NCBI GenBank assembly: GCA_023245335.1
Contig: JAHFKK010000001.1
Coordinates: 363,282-427,281 of the forward strand
Origin: Candidatus Gottesmanbacteria bacterium
GTDB lineage: Bacteria > Patescibacteriota > Microgenomatia > UBA10105 > UBA927
DNA length: 64,000 nt
Direction of reading: 5' to 3'
The position numbers and the translations under genes are program-made. Positions 38,839 to 48,423 of this stretch are shown here, piece by piece. Position 1 is the first letter of the stretch, and each line of letters starts with the position of its first letter. The notes beneath the pieces are model-generated. The model made no database searches. It had not been told where the DNA came from and worked only from the letters and a program-made list of their open reading frames with translations.

Positions 38839-41268
38839 ATGAAGCTACCAAGCGCGCTTACCTCACTCATCAAAAAGAAGGAAGACGGAAAAGAATACTA
38901 CTTTTCCCTCTACATGGATGTCGATGCCGCAGCCGTTGCCGTGTGGAGCATGGATCCGGCCAAATTACCGACAATAGCCAGCTTCGCTCACGGCGTCGTA
39001 AAAGAGAATACCTGGGAAGCGCGGATACAGGTCATTGACCGGTTGTTGTCGGCCGCGGAAGACAAGGTAGGGGTAACAAAGGCGATCACCAAAACAGTTT
39101 TCGGCATGCCGGGCGCGTACCTCACTGCGGAAGGGAACATCGCTGATGAGATCCGGCCGCAGCTTAAAAAACTTGCACAGGTATTGGAACTTAAACCTGT
39201 GGGATTCGTTCCGTTGTCCCAAGCGCTTGCGTTTTCTCTCAAAAACGACGAAGGCGTACCGCCGAGCATCATCCTCATCGGGTGTTCCCAGAAAAATGCG
39301 CTCATCACCCTTTTTCGGGTCGGGAAACTTACCAGCCAGGATACGGTCGATCTCGCGGATGATCCGGCGGCTGTCGTGGAAGCGATCCTGAAAAAGAATC
39401 AGGATGGCGATGTGTTGCCTTCCCGGATGCTTCTGTACGGCGGGGATACCGTGAGACTCGAGGATGTACGGACGAAATTATTGAAACACCCCTGGCCCAC
39501 GCGGACAAACTTTCTCCACTTCCCGAAAATAGAGATCGTATCCGTAGAGTCGCTTCTCCACGCGGTTTCCCTGGCCGGGGCCGCGGAACTTGCTTCTGAC
39601 ATCGGGGAGCCGATTGAAGCCGCAGGAACGGTAGCGACGGTCGTTGCGCAACCGCGCCCGTCCATACTTCCCTCAGAGCCGGTCATTACACCTGCCGACA
39701 CGACTTCGGAAAAGGAAGAAGTGGAAGAAGAAGCGGTTGATGAGCGCGAAGAATCGGGTATCGCCAGTGCAGGTGAGGAAGAGGGAGAACCCGGTTCGTT
39801 GGAATCGGAAGCAGAAACAGTGGGTGATGCTATCGAAAAAGAAGAATCATCCGATGAAGAAGTCTCAAATGTAGAACTCGTGACACCCGAGTCTCTGGGA
39901 TTCCGGAAAGAAGACATACTGGAAAAAACTCCGGCTTCACATATGCCGCGGCCGGTCGTCGCGAAACCTATTAATCGTGAAGAGCTGGAAGAGGACGTAT
40001 TTGAGGAAGAAGACGAAGAAGAAGTGGAAGATACAAACGCAAAAAAGCCATTCAAATTGCCATTTAGCATTCCTACCGTCCGGGCGGATATGTTTGCTCC
40101 GGTCACACGCTTCCTGTCGCACCTTCGGTTTCCCAAAATGAAAAATACCATGTATATTTTCGGTGCTGTGGGTGTGGTACTTCTCTTGGGGGTCCTCTTT
40201 TATTTCGTCCCACGGGTCACGGTAACCGTTCTCGTATCGCCGCAGTCGGTGGACCAGTCGACGACGCTGACGGTCAATCCGACCGCAACTGTCGCAGACC
40301 CCGCGAGTAAAATCATACCGGGACACACGCAAAGCAAATCCATAAGCGGCGATAAAACAATTGCAGTGACCGGCAAGAAAAACGTCGGCGATCCGTCCAA
40401 GGGAACCGTGACTATCTATAATAAAGTCACGAATAGTAAGACGCTCCCTAAGGGAACGGTGCTTACGGGAAACAGTCTGTCATTTACTCTCGACAGTGAT
40501 GTTTCCATCGCTTCAGCCAGTGAAGACATAGGTTCCATCACCTTCGGAAAAGCGACCGCAAACGTCACCGCCAAAGACATAGGACCCAACGGCAATCTGC
40601 CGGCCGGCGTAGAATTCGTATTTACCGGTGTGAGTGGTTCGCAGGCATCAGCCCGGAACGATGCGGCATTTACCGGCGGCAACAGCAAATCAGTGACGGT
40701 CATTTCGCGCGCCGACCAGGACGGACTCGTGAAAGCCCTGACGGATGATTTGGTGGGGCAGGCGAAATCGCAGTTAGCCGCAAGTGCGACAGGCGGGGAG
40801 CATCTCATAGATGAAACGGTAAAAACTGCAGTGTCCGATAAGTCATTTGATCAGGAGATAGATCAGCAGGCGAGCCAGCTGCACGGCAAAATCACGATAA
40901 CGGTAAGCGGGATAAGCATAAGCGATGAAGACGTAAAAGCGATCCTTACGTCTCTGGTAGAAGGGAAAGTACCGGCAGGCTATGCCCTGGCGCCGGATCA
41001 AACCAATGTGTCGGTTTCCAACGTGACGGTCAAAAAAGACGGCTCCATAACGCTGACTGCGAAACTCACGGCGATCGCACTTCCGAAAGTCGACACCGAG
41101 GCACTTAAAACGACCCTCGCAGGAAAGGACGTCACCGCAGCGCTTACCATCCTCAAACAAACGACCGGGGTAGCAGGGGCAGAGTATAAGTTTGCGTTTT
41201 CGCCCGTGCAAAGCCGGTTGCCCATGAACCGCAACAATATCACCATTACCACAGCAGTCCAGCGATAG
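38839..41268 (+). CDS. Bitopic protein: cytoplasmic domain, acidic linker, TM and baseplate-J/gp47-like extracellular domain
   Basis: SKGTVTIYN..LPKGTVL..A..IGPNGNLPAG..N.AAFTGG is the baseplate-J-like signature. Confidence 0.7.
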   Translation: MKLPSALTSLIKKKEDGKEYYFSLYMDVDAAAVAVWSMDPAKLPTIASFAHGVVKENTWEARIQVIDRLLSAAEDKVGVTKAITKTVFGMPGAYLTAEGNIADEIRPQLKKLAQVLELKPVGFVPLSQALAFSLKNDEGVPPSIILIGCSQKNALITLFRVGKLTSQDTVDLADDPAAVVEAILKKNQDGDVLPSRMLLYGGDTVRLEDVRTKLLKHPWPTRTNFLHFPKIEIVSVESLLHAVSLAGAAELASDIGEPIEAAGTVATVVAQPRPSILPSEPVITPADTTSEKEEVEEEAVDEREESGIASAGEEEGEPGSLESEAETVGDAIEKEESSDEEVSNVELVTPESLGFRKEDILEKTPASHMPRPVVAKPINREELEEDVFEEEDEEEVEDTNAKKPFKLPFSIPTVRADMFAPVTRFLSHLRFPKMKNTMYIFGAVGVVLLLGVLFYFVPRVTVTVLVSPQSVDQSTTLTVNPTATVADPASKIIPGHTQSKSISGDKTIAVTGKKNVGDPSKGTVTIYNKVTNSKTLPKGTVLTGNSLSFTLDSDVSIASASEDIGSITFGKATANVTAKDIGPNGNLPAGVEFVFTGVSGSQASARNDAAFTGGNSKSVTVISRADQDGLVKALTDDLVGQAKSQLAASATGGEHLIDETVKTAVSDKSFDQEIDQQASQLHGKITITVSGISISDEDVKAILTSLVEGKVPAGYALAPDQTNVSVSNVTVKKDGSITLTAKLTAIALPKVDTEALKTTLAGKDVTAALTILKQTTGVAGAEYKFAFSPVQSRLPMNRNNITITTAVQR

Positions 41269-41287
41269 CTCACCAGTATATTGTTCA

Positions 41288-41502
41288 GCGCATAATTTGT
41301 GTGCGCACGCCAAGCGTTGGTAATCCACGGGTGACGGTCGCGAGAGCATCCTGCGATGAGTCCGCACTTCGGAGTGAGACGTAGCAGCATGGAGAAATAG
41401 TTATTATTTCACGAACGAATTGAGGCGAATCGCGGGACACGCGACCGGCAGGCCCCGCAATCTCGTTTCCTTCGCGTGGCGTGTCTTACACAAATTACGC
41501 GC
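41288..41502 (+). ncRNA. Candidate structured ncRNA or MITE-like element
   Basis: ~29-bp imperfect terminal stem, internal bubble, nested stems; TATATT 5 nt upstream. Confidence 0.5.
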
Positions 41503-41550
41503 CTCACTACATATATAAGGTGATATGATGGTCTATACTCAATTGAACCT

Positions 41551-42255
41551 ATGGTGATGTACCGTTACGTCAAAGCAGTACGAAAAAAGCCCATCTCCAG
41601 GCCGGTTGTCATATCCTATGTGCTCATGCTGATGGGACTTGGCGTCATCACATGGACGATTTGGCCGATCGTATCGTTTTTCGCTTTTGATCAGATCATG
41701 TATGCCCAGACCGTGAGTCCGGTCGAAAACAGCAGTGTCCGTCCGGCGGCGCCGCTTGCGTATGCGGAAGCAGGAGGAGCCACGACCGATCCCAATACGT
41801 GGTTCCCGACCCAACCGCAGAAAAAAGTCGTGGCCCCCGTCACGAGTTATTCGCTTTCTATCCCGTCACTTGGCATACAGAGTGCAACGGTTACTATTGC
41901 CGGGGATGACCTCGGCAAAAGCCTCATCCATTACGGAGGAACGGGACTTCCGGGTGAGTACGGCAATACCGTCATTTTCGGGCACTCCACGCTGCCGCAG
42001 CTTTTCCGCGGGACCAAAGACTATCATGCGGTATTTGCGACCTTGCCGACCATAAAAAACGGGACCGATATCCTCATTACCTATGACGGGGTGAAGTATC
42101 GGTACATCGTATATGATAAAGTTGTTGTAGAGCCCACAGATCTCACACCGCTTGAGCAGCAGTTCGATGATTCATATCTCACGCTCGTGACCTGTGTGCC
42201 GCCCGGAACATTTCTGTATCGGCTAAACGTCAAAGCGCGGTTAGAAAGGATTTAA
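41551..42255 (+). CDS. Sortase (class D/E-like)
   Basis: N-terminal TM, LSIPSLGI, GNTVIFGHS, LTLVTC, conserved Arg (YRLNV). Confidence 0.92.
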   Translation: MVMYRYVKAVRKKPISRPVVISYVLMLMGLGVITWTIWPIVSFFAFDQIMYAQTVSPVENSSVRPAAPLAYAEAGGATTDPNTWFPTQPQKKVVAPVTSYSLSIPSLGIQSATVTIAGDDLGKSLIHYGGTGLPGEYGNTVIFGHSTLPQLFRGTKDYHAVFATLPTIKNGTDILITYDGVKYRYIVYDKVVVEPTDLTPLEQQFDDSYLTLVTCVPPGTFLYRLNVKARLERI

Positions 42256-42259
42256 TCAT

Positions 42260-43519
42260 ATGACTCAAAAAGGTGAACAGAAGGCAATAGATGCCATCAA
42301 AAAAAAGTTAGTCGGTAAAAAGCTGAGCTACAATGAAATTTTTTCCATCATGGACGAAATATCCAATAAGGATCTTTCTCCCGTCCTCACTACATATTTT
42401 GCCGCGGCAGGATTTAAGGAAGGATTCTCCGATGAAGAGCTGTACTTTTTGACCAAAGCGATGATCAATACCGGACCCAAGCTTAAGTTCCCTGGGGTGG
42501 TCGCGGACAAGCATTCGACCGGCGGTGTCGCCGGGACGCGTACGACGATGATCGTCGTCCCGATTATCGCCGCCGCAGGACTCACCATACCGAAGACTTC
42601 CTCGAGGGCGATCACGTCTCCGTCGGGAACGGCGGACACGATGGAAGTGGTAGCGCCGGTTGATCTTTCTCTTGAGAAGATTACGCATATCGTCAAAAAA
42701 GTCGGCGGTTGTATCGTCTGGGGCGGACATGTGGGGTTGGCACCCGCGGATGATATCCTCATCCAGGTCGAACGCCCGTTAGGATTCGAATCGTACGACA
42801 AAATTATCGTTTCCGTGATGGCCAAAAAAGTAGCATCGGGCGCGAATCATATCATCATCGATATTCCCGTGGGGCCGACCATGAAGATTCAGCATTTCAA
42901 AGACGCGGAACTCATCGCCAAGAAGTTCGCGCTCTTGGCCAAAAAATTTGGCGTCAAAATGATTTTTGACATAAACGAAACACGCCAAAACGCCGGCCGC
43001 GGTATCGGACCGGTCCTCGAAGCGCGTGACGTATTTGAAGTTTTGGAGCAGGCGCCGGAGCGCCCTCTTGCACTTGAGGCAAAGGCGCTGAGGCTCGCCG
43101 GCAAATTACTGACGCTTTGTTACGCGGACATACCGGGTAAAAAGTCTTTGGACGGCGAAGAAACCGCGCGGGAGATGCTGTCTTCCGGGAAAGCGCTCAA
43201 AAAAATGAAGGAAATCATCAAAGCCCAGGGCGGGAATCCCAACGTGGTGAGTAGTAAACTCGTCCCAGGTAATCACAAATATGAACTCAAATCACCGCGT
43301 CACGGGATAGTCTCTGCCATAGATAATCAGCAGATTACCGTCATATGCAGGATTCTCGGGAACCCCACGGACAAAAAGGCCGGTATGTATCTCAACCGAA
43401 AACTTGAAGAGACGGTGGATACGGGTGATATACTAGGGACGTTTTATAGTTCGGATGCGTGGCGCCTGAAGGAAGCCGCGGAAACGTTGAAAACTATGCC
43501 GATATTTCATGTAGAATAG
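42260..43519 (+). CDS. AMP phosphorylase / thymidine phosphorylase family, lacking the N-terminal beta-barrel
   Basis: DKHSTGGVAG, IPKTSSRAITSPSGTADTME, GRGIGPVLEA. Confidence 0.9.
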   Translation: MTQKGEQKAIDAIKKKLVGKKLSYNEIFSIMDEISNKDLSPVLTTYFAAAGFKEGFSDEELYFLTKAMINTGPKLKFPGVVADKHSTGGVAGTRTTMIVVPIIAAAGLTIPKTSSRAITSPSGTADTMEVVAPVDLSLEKITHIVKKVGGCIVWGGHVGLAPADDILIQVERPLGFESYDKIIVSVMAKKVASGANHIIIDIPVGPTMKIQHFKDAELIAKKFALLAKKFGVKMIFDINETRQNAGRGIGPVLEARDVFEVLEQAPERPLALEAKALRLAGKLLTLCYADIPGKKSLDGEETAREMLSSGKALKKMKEIIKAQGGNPNVVSSKLVPGNHKYELKSPRHGIVSAIDNQQITVICRILGNPTDKKAGMYLNRKLEETVDTGDILGTFYSSDAWRLKEAAETLKTMPIFHVE

Positions 43520-43532
43520 AACGGTAACAGAT

Positions 43533-43724
43533 ATGCTCAAAAATATTTTAGGTCCGGTTCAAGCGTGGCTACTTGCCCAGGGCAAATGCGTGGGTTGCGG
43601 CAAGATTCTTCCTGTCAAAGAAGGCAAAGGTATGCAGCGCGTCGATTGCGCATGCGGCAGAATTTATATGTATGATCCGGCTGCACACAAATACCGGAGG
43701 GCGCTTCTCGATGAAATCAAATAG
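43533..43724 (+). CDS. Small Zn-ribbon protein
   Basis: CVGCG..CACG. Confidence 0.75.
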   Translation: MLKNILGPVQAWLLAQGKCVGCGKILPVKEGKGMQRVDCACGRIYMYDPAAHKYRRALLDEIK

Positions 43725-44700
43725 TACCAACATATTCTTCTCTCGGGTCATCGTATTTCTTCTGGTGATAGCGGTCGGCATCGTGGTTTTCTTTGGCTGG
43801 TGGGGGACAAGCACACAGGCCGTCGACCCTATGGATCCCGCGCCGATATCGTTTACCGTGCATCCCGGGGATGGAGTGCGGGTGATCGCGGCTAACCTCG
43901 CGACCTATCGGCTCATCCGGAGCCCCACGGCATTTTTTGTTCTCGTCAAAGTCATGGGGATAGAGAAAAACCTGCAGGCGGGAGATTTCCGGCTCAACAA
44001 AACGATGGACAGTAAGACCGTCGCTCAGCAATTGACGCACGGATTTGAGGATATCTGGGTGACGGTACTGGAGGGCTGGCGCAATGAGGAAATTGCCGTC
44101 GTCCTTGCCAAAAATCTGGATATCCCCGAAAGCGAGTTTCTGAAAGTTTCCCATGAGGGGTACATGTTTCCGGACACGTATCGTATCCCGCACGACGCTT
44201 CGGCCGGAGCAGTCGTTAATATGTTCCGGACAACATTTGATGCAAAAGTGACGGATGCCATGAAGGCCTCGGCAGTGAAACACGGACTGACGGTCGATCA
44301 GATGGTGACACTCGCGTCCCTGGTTGAGCGCGAAGGGCATAATGATCAGGATCGCCCGGTCATAGCGGGCATACTCCTCAAGCGTCTGAAAGCCAATTGG
44401 CCGCTTCAGGTCGACGCCACGCTTCAGTTCTCGTTGGGATATCAGTCAAGTGATAAGAGCTGGTGGAAAAAAGAACTTACTGATGATGACCGGAAAATTG
44501 CATCGCCGTACAATACATACCTCAATCCCGGACTGCCGCCGGGCCCCATCTGTAACCCCGGCCTTTCATCTCTTAATGCCGTCGCAAACCCCAAGGATTC
44601 CGACTACTGGTATTATCTGCATGATACGTCGGGAGCTATCCATTACGCGAAGACCATCGAGGAACATAATGCGAATATCGCGAAATTTCTCCGCGGGTAA
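43711..44700 (+). CDS. mltG: Endolytic transglycosylase MltG
   Basis: EGYMFPDTY, LASLVERE, LQVDAT, SPYNTY..GLPPGPICNPG. Confidence 0.95.
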   Translation: MKSNSTNIFFSRVIVFLLVIAVGIVVFFGWWGTSTQAVDPMDPAPISFTVHPGDGVRVIAANLATYRLIRSPTAFFVLVKVMGIEKNLQAGDFRLNKTMDSKTVAQQLTHGFEDIWVTVLEGWRNEEIAVVLAKNLDIPESEFLKVSHEGYMFPDTYRIPHDASAGAVVNMFRTTFDAKVTDAMKASAVKHGLTVDQMVTLASLVEREGHNDQDRPVIAGILLKRLKANWPLQVDATLQFSLGYQSSDKSWWKKELTDDDRKIASPYNTYLNPGLPPGPICNPGLSSLNAVANPKDSDYWYYLHDTSGAIHYAKTIEEHNANIAKFLRG

Positions 44701-46395
44701 ATGAACAAAATCATCGGCAGTATCATCGGAGCATTGTTGCTCTTCGTCACTCCTCTGGCATTTGCTCAGGGGAGCGCTGACGTTGCCGCCGAACACATCC
44801 AGTCGTATGCCGTGAATGCGGCGGTCCATACCGACGGAACAGCGCGGGTATCGGAACGCCTCCTCTATCATTTCTCGTCTCCCCGGCACGGCATCATACG
44901 GACGATCCCGTATGTCAAAACAAATAGTAACGGCAAGAAGTATGCCATGACGATCGACAACATCACCGTCACGGATGAAAGTAATGCCGCATACCCCGTG
45001 ACCCAAAGCAGTGACGGCACGAACCTATCACTCAAAGTTGGGGATTCGGACAATACGCTCACGGGAGATCACTGGTATGTCATTTCTTATGACGTATCGG
45101 GCGGGATCACGTATTTTTCCGATCACGATGAATGGTACTGGAACGACATCGGTTCCGAGTGGTCTGTACCCGTCCTTTCAGCCGAGGCAATCACAGAACT
45201 TCCGAACGGCATCACCGATACGACCATCCAGAAATCCTGCTTTACCGGAGTACCGGGATCGACAGAAAGCTCCTGCACTATGACGGTTGCCAACGACGTC
45301 GTGACCGTAAAAGCGACCAGGGAACTCGCCGCGGGTGAGGGGCTGACGACTGTTATTGGTTTTCCGAAGAATATCGTTTCCGTCCTCGAGTCCAAGGAAG
45401 TCGTACCGTTTTTCTCGACAACAGCAGGAAAAATTGTCCTCGTTCTCATCGCGATTGCCGTATTTATCTGGTATATCGTCGCACCTATCATGGTCGTCTG
45501 GAAATGGTGGACGTCAGGGAGGGACCCCAAGCCCGCTATGGGAGAGGTGAAGGCATGGTTCAGTCCGCCAACGACTGCGGCAGGGCGAACGCTTACTCCT
45601 GCGGAAACCGGCGGCCTCATTGACGAACGTGTTGATATGCGCGATATCTATGGCACGATCATAGATCTTGCCCGCCGGGGGTATCTCAAGATTACCGAAA
45701 GTACGAAAGGAGACTTCACCCTCACGAAGATGAAAAAATGGAGTGCTTCGGAGTTGCAATCCTACGAAGTTACGCTTCTCACCGGTATTTTTTCCGGCGA
45801 AGACAGCGTGAAGCTCAAGGATCTGGACCTCCGGGAGACCATCCATACGGTGAGTAACGCATTGTATATCTCGATGGTTTCCGACGGATTCTTCCCGAAT
45901 AATCCCGAGAAGGTCCGGTTACTTTATATTGTCCTTGCGGTGTTTTCTGCCATTACGTTTAATCCCATACTTCTTTTGGTATCGCTGACGTTTGGCCTCC
46001 ATATGCCGAGGAAAACGATGCTGGGAGCGGGTCAGGCAGCGGTAGCCAGGTCCCTCAAAAATTTCCTGGTAAGCCAGGACAAGCAGCTTGCGTTCCAGGC
46101 CAAAAACCAGATGATGTTTGAGAAACTTCTGCCGTATGCGATCGCATTTGGTGTGGAAGTCATCTGGGCCAAACGATTCCGCGATATCGCGATCAAACGA
46201 CCGGATTGGTATGAATCTTCGACCGGAGGAAACTTCAATACATTACTCTTCGCACAGAGTCTCGGCCGCGGATACAGCACCTCATTTGCGACAGCCGCGA
46301 CATACAAATCCTCTTCCGGTTTCTCTTCCGGCTTTTCCGGAGGAGGAGGGTTCTCCGGCGGCGGGGGTGGTGGCGGAGGCGGCGGAAGCTGGTAG
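44701..46395 (+). CDS. DUF2207 family membrane protein
   Basis: HGIIRTIP, YWNDIG..W, IIDLARRGYL, LPYAIAFG, Gly-rich GGGGSW end. Confidence 0.9.
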   Translation: MNKIIGSIIGALLLFVTPLAFAQGSADVAAEHIQSYAVNAAVHTDGTARVSERLLYHFSSPRHGIIRTIPYVKTNSNGKKYAMTIDNITVTDESNAAYPVTQSSDGTNLSLKVGDSDNTLTGDHWYVISYDVSGGITYFSDHDEWYWNDIGSEWSVPVLSAEAITELPNGITDTTIQKSCFTGVPGSTESSCTMTVANDVVTVKATRELAAGEGLTTVIGFPKNIVSVLESKEVVPFFSTTAGKIVLVLIAIAVFIWYIVAPIMVVWKWWTSGRDPKPAMGEVKAWFSPPTTAAGRTLTPAETGGLIDERVDMRDIYGTIIDLARRGYLKITESTKGDFTLTKMKKWSASELQSYEVTLLTGIFSGEDSVKLKDLDLRETIHTVSNALYISMVSDGFFPNNPEKVRLLYIVLAVFSAITFNPILLLVSLTFGLHMPRKTMLGAGQAAVARSLKNFLVSQDKQLAFQAKNQMMFEKLLPYAIAFGVEVIWAKRFRDIAIKRPDWYESSTGGNFNTLLFAQSLGRGYSTSFATAATYKSSSGFSSGFSGGGGFSGGGGGGGGGGSW

Positions 46396-46462
46396 ACTGA
46401 TTCTCCACTTACATTGACTTCTCCGAATGTAATGTATATCACTATAAGTGGAGGTATTTCCT

Positions 46463-47011
46463 ATGGCAGAATATTCAGAAGGGTACGGCAAACGGCCGTT
46501 ATGGCAATGGGTTCTTTTGTATGTAGTGATTGGCGGGCTTGTCTACGGGCTCATCTATTATTTTCTCATGGGTAATAAAGGCGGATATAACTACGGATCC
46601 GCGAACAGTAATCCGACGACTACCATGCAGGGCGCGCCGTCCGGAGCAGTTGCGAGTCCGTCGCCGTCTGTGGGCAGTATGAACAAAGTGACGGTTGATT
46701 TGGCGGCTGAAAACGGGTCCGGTGAGACCGGGACAGCAACACTTGAGCAGCAAAACGGTAAAGTGGTGGTGACGATTGCGCTCACCGGTTCCAAATCGGG
46801 GGTGGCACAGCCCGCACATATCCACCTCGGCGCATGTCCGGGAGTGGGTGCGGTCAAGTATCCGCTTACGCCTGTGGTGAACGGATCGTCTGTCACGACG
46901 CTTGCGGTCCCTATGGACGATCTCAAGGCCAATTTACCTTTGGCGCTCAACGTTCATAAGTCGGCGAGTGAGGTAAGTGTATATACGGCCTGCGGACCGC
47001 TTGCGCTCTAA
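46463..47011 (+). CDS. Membrane-anchored CHRD/SOD-like His-containing protein
   Basis: TM, then NGSGETGTATL..QPAHIHLGAC..LNVH..ACG; GGAGG SD. Confidence 0.65.
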   Translation: MAEYSEGYGKRPLWQWVLLYVVIGGLVYGLIYYFLMGNKGGYNYGSANSNPTTTMQGAPSGAVASPSPSVGSMNKVTVDLAAENGSGETGTATLEQQNGKVVVTIALTGSKSGVAQPAHIHLGACPGVGAVKYPLTPVVNGSSVTTLAVPMDDLKANLPLALNVHKSASEVSVYTACGPLAL

Positions 47012-47038
47012 GGAAACAAAGCGGTATATAATATTCTT

Positions 47039-47647
47039 GTGGGAAGAGCAATCGCATTTGTATTCCTGGGTATCATCATAGCCGGTTTCGCGCTTCTCGC
47101 ATCGCGGGGAAACGAAGATACCTGGATTTGCCAGAATGGTATGTGGGTGAAACACGGGAATCCAAGTGACCCCAAACCTTTGATTCCCTGCCGCACGAAA
47201 GCCGATCGTATGAATATCTTCAGTCCTGCATTTACCGACAACGGAAAGCTGCCTGCCAAATATAGCTGTCAAGGCGAAGGGATGAGCCCTCCATTTAGCT
47301 TTGTCGGGGTCCCGACGGCGGCCAAATCATTGGCACTTTTCCTCGATGATCCGGATGCACCGTTTGGGATATTTCATCATTGGCTGGTCTGGAACATCGA
47401 TCCCAAGGCGACGGAAATTCAGGAAAATGGCGTACTGGAAGGGGTAGCGATCGGAACAAATAGTGCAGGAGCTTCGGCCTATGAGCCCGCATGTCCGCCA
47501 TCGGGCACGCACCGTTACATATTTACACTCATGGCTCTGGACACCAAGCTCACACTTACGGACACTGCGACCCGGCCGGAATTCGACGCCGCATCCAAAG
47601 GCCATGTCATAGCGACCGCGACACTTACGACGAGATACGCGAAATAG
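47039..47647 (+). CDS. YbhB/YbcL (PEBP) family protein with an N-terminal anchor
   Basis: SPAF, DDPDAP..FHHWLVWNI, PACPPSGTHRYIF. Confidence 0.9.
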   Translation: MGRAIAFVFLGIIIAGFALLASRGNEDTWICQNGMWVKHGNPSDPKPLIPCRTKADRMNIFSPAFTDNGKLPAKYSCQGEGMSPPFSFVGVPTAAKSLALFLDDPDAPFGIFHHWLVWNIDPKATEIQENGVLEGVAIGTNSAGASAYEPACPPSGTHRYIFTLMALDTKLTLTDTATRPEFDAASKGHVIATATLTTRYAK

Positions 47648-47684
47648 TGAATCGTTTGTTTCGCATTCCCTTTCTATGTTAAGG

Positions 47685-47735
47685 TTGACATATGTTTTAA
47701 CATATGTTAATATATGAGTTGTACTTAACATATGG
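47685..47735 (+). promoter_or_regulatory. Promoter with repeated (A)ACATATG(T) operator palindromes
   Basis: TTGACA 47685-47690, TAATAT 47708-47713; ACATATGT 47688-47695, AACATATGTT 47699-47708, AACATATGG 47727-47735. Confidence 0.7.
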
Positions 47736-47989
47736 ATACAAAACGGTATTTATCCACGACAGACGTAGCAAAGATTTTGGGCGTAAGCCGTATCACGGTG
47801 TTTCAGCGTGTCAAGAGCGGGAAAATTCATGCCGTAAAAGTCGGTCATTCTTATGTGATTGATCCCGCCGATATCGGTGTGGTGACGGGTCAAGCAGTTT
47901 CTCCAAAGCAAAAGTTGGTCATGAATCAGGCGGTCAAGAAAACCGTGGCCGAGTATGGAGATGCGCTCCGCTTACTCGGGAAGGAATAG
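47732..47989 (+). CDS. Excisionase-type HTH protein, putative antitoxin
   Basis: LSTTDVAKILGVSRITV..GKIHA.KVG (HTH_17); C-terminal EYGDALRLLG helix. Confidence 0.8.
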   Translation: MDTKRYLSTTDVAKILGVSRITVFQRVKSGKIHAVKVGHSYVIDPADIGVVTGQAVSPKQKLVMNQAVKKTVAEYGDALRLLGKE

Positions 47990-47993
47990 ATTC

Positions 47994-48413
47994 ATGATAA
48001 CCAAACTCACCATAGATGAAGTGGAATACATTTCATTTACGCTCGCTAAGGAGCTCATGGGATGGAAGGAGCCGATTCCGGATTTCCATACGCGTTTCCC
48101 CAACATATTAGAAAGCAGTCTTCGTGTCCCTTTTCAGACGTTTGACGGCAAAAATCTTTATAAGGGCCTCATCGACAAAGCGGCGATTCTTTTCTATCTC
48201 ATGATCAAAAATCATCCGTTCAAAAACGGGAATAAGCGGATCGCGATGACGACACTGTTTGTATTTCTCTACGTGAACGGTAAATGGCTCAAGGTGGACA
48301 ATCGGGAACTGTATACGTTTGCCGTGTGGGTGGCGGAAAGTAATGCGATGTTTCAGGAGGGAGTGGTGACGTCTATCCGTAAATTTTTGACTACCTACCT
48401 CGTTGAGCGATGA
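47994..48413 (+). CDS. Death-on-curing (Doc/Fic family) toxin
   Basis: KAAILFYLMIKNHPFKNGNKRIA (Doc-type GNKR). Confidence 0.9.
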   Translation: MITKLTIDEVEYISFTLAKELMGWKEPIPDFHTRFPNILESSLRVPFQTFDGKNLYKGLIDKAAILFYLMIKNHPFKNGNKRIAMTTLFVFLYVNGKWLKVDNRELYTFAVWVAESNAMFQEGVVTSIRKFLTTYLVER

Positions 48414-48423
48414 TTGCCGTGAT

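Noticed and set aside
41349-41392. Hammerhead ribozyme or SRP helix-8 motif inside the structured element
   Set aside because: GCGATGAG..GACGTAG lacks the CUGANGA/GAAA core, and AGCAG has no matching CAGG partner.
46310-46392. GGC/TCC-rich tandem repeats
   Set aside because: They encode the normal Ser/Gly tail of DUF2207.
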